A stretch of 64,000 nt of DNA from Callorhinchus milii (lineage: Eukaryota): assembly GCF_018977255.1 (NCBI RefSeq), contig NW_024704749.1:21700001-21764000 (forward strand). The letters are read 5' to 3'. This document shows, one piece after another, positions 14,701 to 27,184 of the stretch. The position numbers were made by a program, and so were the translations under genes. The notes under the pieces are model-generated. The model worked only from the letters and a program-made list of their open reading frames with translations. It had not been told where the DNA came from and searched no databases. Each line of letters starts with the position of its first letter. Within the stretch, counting starts at the first letter, position 1.

Positions 14701-17700
14701 GAGTGATGGATGTTGGACTCACCTCGTCCGGTCCTCCTACACCAAGCAATCTCCTAACTTGCTTTAGGGTTTGGGGAAAGAAAATCTCGGGAAAGAATAT
14801 TAGTAAGAATGTCCAAATTGATTACTGTTCATGCCTAAGATCTGGATATGCTCCCAGGACAGATTGTATTTCACTCAACTGCATGCATCCAATGTATTTT
14901 ACACAAAATGCACTGATCGGGATTATGGGTCGTCCATCAGTGTCCCACTGTTCTAATAACATTCCATTGGTGGTACATATTGCTCCATAGTTGTACTACA
15001 ATAAAAAGGGCAATACAGCCATTTTAATGACAAATAATGCAGATTGTGGCCTTTTCGAGAGTACCATTTGTTCTCAATGATGTTGTCAAATTGTTAATGA
15101 AAGCGAGATTAGAATCTTTGTTGTCATTTACTAGATTTATTTTTCGTTTACCCCCGTCTCCCCATACTGCCAATGGCCAAGGTTGACTGTTATTGGCCCT
15201 GTGTAATTATACAGTTCTTTATAACTTAAACGTTTTTTTAAAAAAAGTCTCTACGTTTGGGCAGAAAAACGTGCATTTCAAGTTTATAGCCTTGAAATAT
15301 GTTCGTATACAACACTAACAAGGGAAGATCGTTAACGGTTTGTGCATTTTAAAAGTTTTAAGATTCCTTTGGTAAACAGCAACTTTATTTAGAAAGGTGG
15401 AAAACCACAAACTATTGAGAGACAAGAATCCTAACACTGTGCCTTCATACTCTCAAATGCTAGGCCCAGAAACACAAGGATAACCGCTCATTATGAGCAG
15501 GATCGGAACTCAGAGCAGTTTCTGAGAAAATATATGGAATGTGCAGGTAGTGCAAGGAATATGGAATATAAATATATGGAACGTGCGTGGAGTCCTGTAG
15601 CTCAGTGGTTAGAGCATTCGCTTTGCAAGCGAGAGACCTGAGTTCAATTCCAGGCAGAGGGCGAAACCTTGGGCAAGTTTCCTTACTCCACACAGAGCCT
15701 AATAATAATCCCTCCAAAAACAAAAACAATAATAAATTGGTCATTTTCAATCTACGACTATTTGTGGGACTCTGCTGTGCGCAATTGGCTGCCGCGTTCG
15801 CCCACAAATATACAATCAATTCACTTTACAGTATATTCTGTGAAGCTCTTTGGGACGTCGAGAAGACGTGAAAAGTGCTATATCAAATGCAAGGATTATT
15901 ATTATTATTAAGTTGTTGCTTCTTTTTGCCCACAAAATAGTCAATCCATTTTACAATATAGTCTGAGAAGCGCTTTAAGATATCTGAACGACGTGATAAG
16001 GCGCTATATCAAATGTAATGACTATTATTATTACTATTATTATAATAAGTCGACCTACTTCAAATTTATCGTTAAACAATCTTTTAACCTGGGGTAAATT
16101 TGCAAAATGTAGGTATTTCTTTTCCACTTTCAAAGCAGAGAGAATGTCCTATGTGAACATGGGATCTCACATCAATTCCGGCTCCATCATAGCTTCCTCA
16201 CAGTCAGAATAAGTATCTGAAAAGCTTTGGTCTATAGACCAACCAAAACCACACAAAAAAAATGTATTTGTGAGTCGGCTTCAAGTCAAAAGCTGCTACG
16301 CTGAGAAGATAATTAATGCCCCCGCCGCTCTTTAAGGAGCTGCACCACAATCACTTTCCAGTGCCGTTATCTCCCTCGAGCGGAGTTTTATTCTCTAATT
16401 AGCACTGAGTAACTCCACTTTAGTTTCATCCATTTCTATCCGACAGCTTTGCTCAAATTAATTTAGATAGGCAGTAGAAATAAAATACAAAGCAAAATCA
16501 TTCAACTGCTCAACACAAACGTGTTACATTGGAAGCAGCTTTAAGCATGGGAATAACTTGTTCTCAACAGGGATGGCTCAACGTTGAAAACTAGCCATAA
16601 ACACCTATTCAGGAGCAATGGATCTGCAGTTTTATCCCATGAGTGCAGATAACTAAAACCTGGTAGATTATAAATATCTTTATCTTGTGACAATCTCATA
16701 TCCCATGGCATACTGTATTTCTTTCAAATCAACAAATTGCATTTATATAGCACCTTTCACATTGCGAGGACGTTCCAAGTCACTGGTAGCAAAGATGAAA
16801 CTGCAAATGCAAACCAGTAACAAATTGATTCCTGAAAGTTATCTTCAACTGACAAAGCTGAAGTTTTCACCTTATAACGGAACAAATCATCAATTGCAAT
16901 CCATCTAGCCGGTCCCAAATGAAAAACATCATAAGCTAATCTCATCTCTTAAATTGCTATTTCATCTTCACTTGAATTTTTGAACAAATCTGCGTTCACT
17001 TCCCTGAGTATCTATTTCACATATTCACCATTTACTGCGTAAAATAATTACGTATAAAATATCTCTTCACTTTGCTTCTTCTGAACTCGAGCTTGTTATA
17101 TAAGAGTATTCTTAGACATGATTTCACTACTGAGAACATACATGGAATGTGCAGGCAGTGCAAGTTGTTGCTATTTAACTCAAGAGCAAGAGGTAACTCA
17201 ATGTAACTCGTAATATTATGGTGCAATGCAGAAATATTGATCCTATGCATGGGTATGGTAAATATTCCAGTTAAAATACATTCTCTTTTACATGTCTTTT
17301 GAAGAGGCTTCTTAATGATTTGTTTTGTTTAGCTAAGACTTGTTTTCACAATGCATCGCTCATCTCCCTCAGGAGGTTGATCGTTCAGGGGATTTCACCA
17401 CAATCCTGCTTCACACTCAACTGTAGTAATATTCTGTGTTTTCTCTGAGATAAGAGAATCATTTTAGAAGCAGACAATGCATTATTGCCGTTGACACAAA
17501 TTCCGTCGACAATGAAAACCATCATACTTGTGACATGTGTGACTAATGGATGTCAGACCATTGAGTGAGGTCGCGAGAGTACCCTGCACTATATACTTAG
17601 CTTGGTGGCAAAGAAGTCACTTCAGCAAAATATCAGAGTACTTGCTTGTATGAGTTACCAGCTGCAGGACAGAAGGAATAAGGAGAAGAAATCAAATCTA

Positions 17701-20700
17701 ACCAGCTCATCACATGAGAGTGAGGATAAATTTCCAGCCACCCATTTTAGCAAATCAGATTATGTGTGTTGTTGGTAGTTTCATCAACAATATCATCTTC
17801 TGCCATAGCAACAACATGGAACAGACGACTTGTACATCCAAAATGGTTGCACATCACAAGCTGTAAAAGCTGTGTAACCTTCTTTATAAAGAAATCCACA
17901 ATGTACCTGAGAAGATGCTTGGTAGTTGCGAGCTTCAGTGGCGAGGGCCGATGCCTGATCTTCTAGCATACTCTTTCGATTGATGAGGCAGGCATTAGTG
18001 TTGTCACATAGCAGCTTGGCCTAGTGCAAAGACAAGGCAAAAACCTCATGACCACCTTCAAAAGAACAAGCATATCCCCAGAGCAAATCTAGAAATAAAG
18101 CTAGGTAATTAATCTGGTACCTTAGGGTCATTTATTGGGTGTCTATGAAGTAACACACAGCAGAGAGAGAAAAAATGAGCTTCATGAGATTCTGCCGATT
18201 TTTACAACCATTACAGCTGTTTTTATTGAGTTGGTATTGGCAGTGCAGTATCAAGTTTTACTTGTTTCATGTTATACACTGGACAAGATGAGATAGGACT
18301 GAGTTAATGATTGGTGCATACTACCGAAAAACAATACATTTAGCTTTCTATCTAAGCTTTTATGGAAATTTCTTTTGATTGAGTTTCTTTGAATATTACA
18401 TTGGGATGGATGCAAGAGATTTACAGCTCGGTAAAGAAATTACAAAATACACGTCAAGAATATCACAAGGTAAAACTAATTGGTGAAAATAGTGCTCCTG
18501 TTCTAGTTTGCGAAAAAAAGATCAAATAAACTGCATAATGGGAAATGCACCTTAAGGAGGCTGGGGCCCAATTACTGAAGTTGGCCATTTAGATAGTCTT
18601 TCTATATTTCACACAGCAAAGCAAAAGCAATAAATTATAATTCAACAGAATTTCATAAGAATATTAAAAACGTACTTCCAAAGAACATAAAGTAAATTAA
18701 TTTAAACTGCATTATTCTGATAAACTATGATTTTTATTTGAAAGACATTCAATGTTATGCAAGACACAAGGATATTAGTACATTAACAGCTTATTTCTTT
18801 CCTCTGAAAAAGAAACGAGCATCTTAGTTTCAATATTTCTCTCTTTAAGAAATGGTTTAAGTATAGATTTCACTTACAATAGTTATCTTGCCTGAAGCAG
18901 GGGCTCCCACTATAAAAACCCGGATAACTGTGAAGTAATAAAGAAAAGCTGAATAATTACATCAAAATTAGAACTCAACATTATTATTATCTCCTTAATC
19001 AGACGCCTCCTTATAGTCACCCCACACCTTGGATTATTCTCAACTTCATTGAATTTGCAATATCTAACCACCTCTATCTCATAACTACGGTAGTTTCTCC
19101 CTCTCCCCCTCACAAGTACCAAACAGAGCCATCATGACACCACTTCCTAAGCAGCTAGAATATGGTTTCCAGCTCCTTTATACAAACAATTTTTAATAAA
19201 ACTCATCATACCGCATTCACTAATTGTATCACCAAGCCTTGCTATTTTAACATTTTATGTTTTCTGTCTTTTAAATCTATTGTTTAAACATTTACTGCTA
19301 TTGTAACCCCTACTAAGACATCTGTACCAAGACATTCTAATAAATAGCAAAAGCAAAACTTTGTGTAGCAAAACGATTGTGTAATAATTGTGATAATTGT
19401 GTAATATCATCTTTTGTAGCCATTGATACTGTATTTGTTAATACTGTATACTGCCTTAGTACAAGAGGAATGAAGGTGAAATTGACATATATTGACAGAC
19501 AAAGCTGACTGAATCAAGACTGAGGTGGATAGATAATAATAATAATAATAATAATAATCCTTGCATTTGATATAGCGCTTTTCACGTCGGGAGGACGTCC
19601 CAAAGCGCTTCACAGAATAGACTGTAAAGTGAATTGACTGTATATTTGTGGGCGAACGCGGCAGCCAATTGCGCACAGCAATGTCCCACAAACAGTCGTA
19701 GATTGAAAATGACCAATTTATTATTGTTTTTTGTTTTGGAGGGATTATTATTAGGCGTGTGGAGTAAGGAAACTTGCCCAAGGTTTCGCCCTGCCTGGAA
19801 TTGAACTCAGATCTCTCGCTTGCAAAGCGAGAGCTCTAACCACTGAGCTACAGGACTCCACAGGACTTTCTGAATTTCTTTTGAATTTTTATATAGAGAC
19901 AGTAAGTGCTAACAAAGTCAGTGGTCCATTTGCTGTACCTTCCCAGCCATATATATATATATATATATATATATAACATATAGATATATGTTAGGTCAGG
20001 GCATCAAGGGATACAGGGCAAGAGCAAGTAATTGGAGATCAGGTACAGATCAGCAAAGATCCTATAGAATGGCAGAACAGGCTCGAGGGGCTGAATGGCC
20101 TACTCCTGTTCCTATGTTTCACAGTAATACAAACTCACTAGTGATGTCAAACTGCTGATGTGTTAACGGCTTGCTGACTATATTAGGGAGCTTCCATATG
20201 ATTTCACTGTAGGCTGGATTTTGTTTAAAGAACAACAACAAATTACATTTGTATAATGCCTTTCGCACAGGCAGCACGTCCCAAGGCGCTGGACAATCAG
20301 AGATTTGTACCTGAGCACTCATACACGAAGAAACAAACTTAGCAAACTATTGATTTTTATGAGATTCTGAATATTGCAGCCCAGTAATTTATTCAACGAC
20401 AGACTCTGTAAGGGTGCCCGAGGAATCACATAACTAAATCCAATATGCAAATGTCGTGGTGTGTGTTCAAAGTAAATGCAGAAAGCAATGAATTATTTAA
20501 CGGCAATACAATCAGTGTAGAACATGTTCTAGCGCCACCATCAGCAAGTTTCTTTCAAACAACTTCAAAGCACATTTTTTTTGGCAGTCAAGACTCTTCT
20601 GAGGATTGTCTAATCTCATCTGTAAGAAGTAATAAATCCTCAGGTGATTCAAGCCTTTACACTCATCTTCTCCAGCCAAGGGGATCAGTGAAAAACAGAA

Positions 20701-23250
20701 CGATTCTATTATTAACATGAGGTCAAACTCTTATTTTGGAAACCACTGCCTCGGGCTATTGTAATGGTTTACTCTGTACAAAAACGCAGTTCTACTTGCC
20801 CTAGGTCATATTTTCCTATAAAAGGAAAGAAAATTATTCTGTAATTGGATTACTTCCCTTGTAGATTTCTAACATACAGGACTGCAACCGCATTTTCCCG
20901 TCGCTACGTTTGTTCACAGCTGCTATTCAGAAGTAAGCATATGCACATTAGCAATGACGAGATTTAGATTAAAGAGACACAATAAGCTCCCCGATGGCTC
21001 AGCAAGTAATTCAGCAAGTAGCTGAGCCACGCAGACCATGAAAAAATAATAATAATCCTTGCATTTGGTTCAGCGCCTTTAATGTCAGGAGGACATCTCA
21101 TAGTGCTTCATAGGATTTACTGTGAAGTGGAGTGACTATGTATTTGTAGGTGAATGTGGCAGCCCAATCTGAACACAGCAATGTCCCACGAACAGCCATG
21201 AAACACATGACTAATTTTATTCAGGGATTGTTGGCACAGGACACCAGGAGAAACTCCTCTCTCTTTTTGAGTAGTGCCTTGGGATCTTTCACGTCCAGCT
21301 AAACAGGCAGATGGGAACTTGGTTTAACGTCACATCCAAAAGATGGCGCCTCCAACAATAACCAACCTTCTGCAGCACTGCATTGGAGCATCAGTTGAGA
21401 ACTATGTGAGTTCAAGCCCGGATGTGGGGTTTGAACCTACAACCGTCTGACTTGTATAAGAGTGTTACCAACGGAGCCAGACTGATGAGCATCCAAAACA
21501 TTCTCACTTATTTTCTTTCCCATGATTTCTACCGTGCTTGTGGTTTATCACAGACCCTCTCTCCTGTGCTGGCATTTTGAAAATAAAATCAACATTTTCA
21601 AAGCTTCCACAAAGATACAAAGATCCTGACCTTCATCATTTTCACTTTTAAGGTATTCAATCATATACTGGATGGGATCATTTGGTTTATCAACCACCAG
21701 GAACTGCACCATACTCTGCAGGCCACACACACAAAAAACAAAGAGGTTATACTTTATGCTAATGACTATAAACCTGTATATCTCACAATTTACAGCATTA
21801 TTTTTGTATGTCGATGCACTGTGTGTAGATATCAAATGCAGAAGAAAACTTGGCAAGTGAAAAGACAACTCAGCTCAGTCTATGGACAATTCAACCCTAT
21901 TGCGAACATAATAATATTAATGTTTGGATTTGACAGGAGTTTCCTGTCCGACTGAAATTGAAACGCACCTCGTGCAATGCACATGGTGAACCTTCGCTCC
22001 CATGTCTCTGGGCTTTTTGATAATAATAATAATCCCTGAATTTGATATAATGCCACATCACGTCGTTGAGACGACTCATAGGGCTTCACAGGATATTTTG
22101 CAAAGTGAATTGACTGTATATTTTGTTGCGTGAGCGAATTTCAACCACACACACACTCTCTCGCCCTCTCTCTGGGGGAAAAAAAAACTTTTTAGGCCCA
22201 ACTTTGGGCTTTCTCCAAAGGAAGAAATTCGTGCTTTCAGCCACTACGTTCCGAAACTCTGGAGCACTCTCCCTCAATCCCTCCACCTTGCCCCATCTCT
22301 CCCCTTTTACAAGTCCTGCCTGAAAACATTCCTCTTCCACCGTGTTTATGGCCACCTTCCCCCCGGCTCGGAATCAGGCTCCAGCCACTGTTAAGCGCTC
22401 AGAGACACTGCCCTGTGTGGAGGGCGCTGTGTAAGTGCAAGTTGTTGTTGTTGTGGTTGTACTGACTGCAATTCAGTAACTTCTGAATATAATTATCATC
22501 GTTTTTCCACGTGTTCCAGTTGTTGTCAGTGAGTGAGTGAACTGTAGAGAGAGGGAGAACATGCGGGGGAGTAACAGGTGAGGGGGGAGGGGGAAGAGAG
22601 GAGGGGGTAACAGATGAGGGGCGAAGGGGGTAACAGATGAGGGGGGAAGGGGGTAACAGATGAGGGGGAAGGGGGTAACAGATGAGGAGGGGAAGGGGGA
22701 TAACAGATGAGGGAGGAAGGGGGGTAACAGATGAGAGGGGAAGGGGGGGTAACAGATGAGGGGGGAAAGGGGGTAACAGATGAGGGGGGGAAGGGGGATA
22801 ACAGATGAGGGAGGAAGGGGGGGTAACAGATGAAGGGGGAAGGGGGGGTAACAGATGAGGGGGAGGGGGAGGGGTAACAGATGAGGGGGAAGGGGGGGAA
22901 CAGATTGGGGAAGGGGGGGTAACAGATGAGGGGGGAAGGAGGATATCAGATGAGGGGGGAAGGGGGGTAACAGATGAGGGTGAGGGGAGGAGAGAGGGAG
23001 GTGGTGGGGGGTGGGGAGGGGGGTAACAGATGAGGGGGAAGGGGGGTAACAGATGAGGGTGGAAGGGGGGTAACAGATGAGGGTGAGGGTGAGGGGAAGG
23101 AGAGAGGGAGGTGGTGGGGGGTGGGGAGGGGGGGGTAACAGGACTTTGTGGACGGACACCTTGTACCTTCAGCGTCTGGAACACGCGGTGTTTCTCGGCG
23201 TACATGGCCAGCTGCGGGGAAATACGCAGCGGCTTCTGGGTGGCGTCCAT
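2765..23250 (-). CDS. AK8: Adenylate kinase 8, coding exons 1-6 (3' part lies outside the window)
   Basis: Exons: 23167-23250 ([28 protein letters not shown]), 21631-21715 ([28 protein letters not shown]), 18878-18927 ([18 protein letters not shown]-loop), 17907-18020 ([11 protein letters not shown]...[12 protein letters not shown]), 14334-14402 ([23 protein letters not shown]), 2765-2846 ([27 protein letters not shown]). All GT-AG and phase-consistent; collinear with recalled human AK8; head-to-head with SPACA9 as in human. Confidence 0.95.
3156..3484 (+). mobile_element. tRNA(Ala-like)-derived SINE with L2 3' tail, young short subfamily
   Basis: A box TAGCTCAATGG, B box GAGTTCAATTC, L2-type tail GTGAAAAGCGCTATA...AAATGCAAG, (TTA)n end; TATTG on both flanks (possible TSD). 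Near-identical to copies at 15587, 19533, 34732, 53134. Confidence 0.9.
5329..5670 (+). mobile_element. SINE, older long subfamily
   Basis: tRNA-like head, extra central segment (TAGCAGTAAGTAGGAACCC...GATTGGCGG) and L2 tail. Confidence 0.85.
8378..8737 (-). mobile_element. SINE, older long subfamily
   Basis: Reverse-strand copy with head, central segment and L2 tail. Confidence 0.85.
10520..10765 (-). mobile_element. CR1 LINE ORF2 C-terminal fragment
   Basis: [15 protein letters not shown]...[11 protein letters not shown]...[20 protein letters not shown], typical of CR1 reverse transcriptase C-terminus. Confidence 0.88.
15587..15910 (+). mobile_element. SINE, young short subfamily
   Basis: Same sequence as the 3156 copy, full length with (TTA)n tail. 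Confidence 0.9.
19533..19861 (-). mobile_element. SINE, young short subfamily
   Basis: Reverse complement of the 3156 element, with (TAA)n at the left end. Confidence 0.9.
22565..23142. repeat. G-rich minisatellite, about 21 units of ~23-27 bp (GnTAACAGATGAGnAA), AK8 intron 1
   Basis: About 17 exact TAACAGATG cores plus 4 variants counted by eye; a longer GAGGGG...GGTGGGGGGTGGGG block occurs twice (about 22982 and 23091). Confidence 0.95.
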
Positions 23251-23545
23251 GAGGCTGTGGCTGTGTGTGTGTGAGGGAGGCCAAGGGTCTGGGTCAGGTC
23301 AGGTAGGAGGAGAGCGTCCGCCCTCTCCCTCTCGCTCTCTGTCTCTCCTCTCCACCGCCACCGTTGCCAGGGAGACGGCGACCGACCGTTGGTCTCCCAG
23401 CCGCCCCCGCGCCCTCGCGCATGCGTGCGTGCGTGTATGTGCGGCGGTTGCTAGGGGAGACGGTTCGCAAGACCCGGGCCGGATTCCAGCACCAGCCCGG
23501 AGCCGGCCCGCTCCCCAGTAACCCACAAACTCCGGACTGGGTAAT
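23251..23545. promoter_or_regulatory. CpG-rich bidirectional promoter AK8/SPACA9 with two RFX X-box-like sites and an NRF1-like site
   Basis: GTTGCCAGGGAGAC 23363-23376 and GTTGCTAGGGGAGAC 23447-23461 (X-box-like); GCGCATGCG 23417-23425 (NRF1-like); dense CpG between divergent genes. Confidence 0.75.
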
Positions 23546-26500
23546 CTACCGGAGCATTCCAGTCTGTGCAATCACACACACACACACACAAACATTCAAC
23601 AAAACAATTCCCCCTCCACCCATCTCCCCCCTCCAAAAAAAAGGACAGCTCAAAGTGCTCCACGGTTGAGATTTTGCTTTGGTCAGCCGGGTGTCCAGGT
23701 GACACGTGCGAAAACATAGGGACAGGGGGAGGCCATTCAGCCCCTCGAGCCTGTTCTGCCACTCTATAAGATCACGGCTGATCTGTACCTCAATTCCAAT
23801 TACCCGCCCCCGGTCCCGCATCCCTCGATACACTGACCTGACAGAAATCTATCCGCCTTTTGGCCCATTCGGGCTTTGGCTTGCTGAGTTAAGAGGAGCT
23901 GAGTGGGAGGAATCCTTGGCCCCAGGAACCGGTCTGCCCTCCAAGCTCTGCCAATGACCCTGGCTGGCTAGTACATCAGCATTAGTATCCTGTAAACCCA
24001 CCCGGCTCAGGAACCAGACTACTGAGGCCATCACAGAGGGCTCACCTGATTCCAATATTCCATTGCCAAGCAAGTCACCTTGAAGCCAACTCCGATCAGC
24101 TTCCCCAATCTCCCCTTCCCCGAAGACAATCATGACATTAATTATTGCGATCCTTAAAACATAATAATATGCATAATTCGCCACAAGGTGGTACTGTTCA
24201 GTTCTCCAAAATGTATTCAAAAGTTATAAAAATAGTTTAATCAGAACATTTGCAAATAGAATATATACCACAATAGGATACAGTAATTAACACTTCTTTA
24301 TTTATAATAATCATTGCATTTGATACATGCCAAAACATCGAAACATATTTGACAGAGAATTACTGTAAAGTGTAGTGACTGTGTGTATGCACAGAGCTTC
24401 CATGAAGCGAACATACACAGGTGGGGGGGGATGGAAGCGGATGGAGCAGGCTGTGCGCTGGGAGGGGAGGGAACCCCACGGGGTCTGGGTTGGGCAGGTA
24501 CAACAACAACTTGTATTTATGTAGCAACTATAATAATAATAATCCTTGTATTTGATACAGCGCCTGATCACACCTTCGAGGCGTCTCAAAAGTGCTTCAC
24601 AGAATATACTGCAAAGTGAATCGACTGTGTCTTTTGTGGGCGAAGCAAGGCAGCCAGTGACCCGCAATCAGCCGTGGATTGAAGTGACCAAGTTCCTATT
24701 AGGGGGTCGGTTAGGCACCTTCGAAGCGGAAGGTCTTCAGGCGTGAGCTGAAGATGGGGAAGGAGGGTGGGGGGGGGGGGGGTGCAGGGGCGGAGGGGAA
24801 GGGAGGTAGAAGAGAGGTAGAGCGGGCACTCCTGGGAGAGGTGTTGCAAGTCCCCGGACTGTGTTTATCCGATCTGCATCCATCCATCTCCTCGCAAACC
24901 CCCCTTTTGCTGACCGTCCATCTCCGGCTTCAGCTGAGTCTGTATTTTTGTTGTGTACTGTTATCCAAAAAAAAAACCCTCTGTTTGGGTCGAGTGCGGT
25001 TGCTAAGCAGTGTTGTAAACAATGGTCGCTAAGCGCTTGACAGCGCCTCCTCAGGCTGTCTTTCCCCATGAAGGTAACACACCCCCAAAACAACCCCCCC
25101 CCCAGTGTGTGGACGTAAAAGAGTCCAAACAGGAACACCTGCAAACAACGGGATCAAAGGGAAAACATTGGCATTTCTAAAGGGTTCAAAATCCGGGATC
25201 CGATTTAAGGATTTAAGGATTTCAGGTAAAAAGGGGTGTGGGGGGGGATTACAAACTGACTGTTTTTTTATTATCTGTTGACGTTGCAAATGACAGAGAG
25301 AGAGAGAGAGAAAAGGGGGGGCGGGTGGGGGGGGCGTTGATATCAGGACTAAAATAATCTGCTGACAAACAAGGCTTTGGCGAAACGAGTTTGGAAAGAA
25401 GTGTAGCGTAAATGTGGACGTTTGGTGGTTCAATGGTGATCAGTTCCAGCTGAGAGCTAAGAGGCTATAAAGCACACCCTCTGGCGGTTGGTTTCTGATC
25501 TGGTGCCAGTGTGCGATCAGGGTGGGATATACTGTAATTGCAAAGAGTTTGTTACAATCATAACCCACCAACTAACCCACCAACCAACCAACCAACCAAC
25601 CAACCGAGGTCTGCTCTGAAAGGCAGTGATGGTGTTCGTATGCAAGTTTTTATGCTCAGGTATCTCTCAGTTTAGACAGTTCCCAAATCCTCTGTGAGAT
25701 GGGAAGGAACGTGCAAAATACACCAGCCACCCCCCCCACACACACACACACACAAAAACACACACGCACACCCACACGCACACCCTCACACTCACTGCAG
25801 AGTTGAACCATGAAAGAGAATTAGAGTCGGGCTGTGTTGCTTTAGTGCATTAGAAAAAAATTGCTCACACCTTACGCTTTGCTCGCTCACAGAATAATAA
25901 TCCCTCCCCCACCTCCAAAAAAAATGATAATCCACGGCTGTTTGTGGGACGCTGCTGTGCGCAATCGGCTGCCGCGTTTCGCCCACACAATATACAGTCA
26001 GTTCGCTTTACAGTATATTCTGTGAAGCGCTTTGGCTTTGTGAGGTCTGAACGACGTGATCAGGTGCTTGACCAGGCTTCCTCCCCCACATCCGGTCCCT
26101 GACCAGGACCACCTTCCTCCACCTCCGCCACATTGCCCGCCTCCGACCGTACCTTACCCCAAATGCAGCCGAAACCCCCGTGCCTGCGTTTGTCACCTCC
26201 CGCTTGGATTAAGAACGCACTTCTCACCGGTCTCCCCAACTCCACCATTCACAAGATCCAGCTCATTCAGAACTCCGCCGCTCGCATACTGACCCGAAGC
26301 AAACTCCGTCCCCACATCTCATCAGTTCTGGCCCAGGCTGCGCCACTGTTAAGCGCTCTGAGACGCCACCCTGGGTGGAGGACGCTATATAAGTGCAAGT
26401 TGCCGTTGTTGTTGCAAGCATTATTATTATTATTGCAAAGGTGCATGTCCCCAGACCAAGCTAGGTTACAGTGCCAGAAATAATCCTTGCATCTGATATG

Positions 26501-27184
26501 CATTTACAAGATGCAACATGTTTTCAAAGTACCTCAGGGGTCCTGACTGTTAAGTGTAGTGCCTGTGCATTTTGCAGGCAAACACACAAGTGCACTCAAA
26601 ATGTTCCAGCATTTACCCCTCAAAGCACACTCTGCGGATCCCCAAAGCCTTGGCTCTTGCCAACCTAATACATTCCGGAATTAGGTAAACAGGATGCGTC
26701 CCTCCAGCGAGAGAAAATGCGCATTCCATTCCAACAATCTATCTCGAGTTGTTAGAATCCACTGCCTGAAAGGCTGGGGGAGGCTGATTCAACAACAGCT
26801 TTCAAAAGGGAATTGGTTAGGCAACTTGAAGAGGAAAGATTTGGAAGGATACGGGGAAAGAGCGGAGGAGTAGGACTGATTGGGTAGCTCTTCCAAAAAG
26901 CCGGCCCAGGCACGATGGGCCGAATGGCCTCCCTCTGTGCCCTAATATTCTAATGATTCTATGATCTCTGGGATTTCCATGTGTAGGTGGGATGCACGGA
27001 ATGCTCATTTGGGTTTGGATACGGTTAGGCACAGTGATGGGTTTCCGCACGTGTCAGACACCCGGGTGGCTGACCAAAATAAATAAATAACTAATTGAGC
27101 ATTTTCTCTAAAAGGGATGGTTTGCGCTCTGTGTGTTGCAGCAAACCCCAACCCCTGTCTGGTCATTGCTCATCTCATGTTACA

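Noticed and set aside
14723-14834. Candidate AK8 exon 4
   Set aside because: 112 nt, out of phase and contains stops; the real exon 4 is 17907-18020.
22565-23142. Repeat array as a CRISPR-like locus
   Set aside because: The spacers are just G-runs, there are no cas genes, and the context is a vertebrate intron.
22399-23166. Long Pro-rich ORFs (283 aa, 228 aa) continuing from the AK8 start
   Set aside because: Read-through past the donor at 23166 into a stop-poor minisatellite; only the first 28 aa are AK8.
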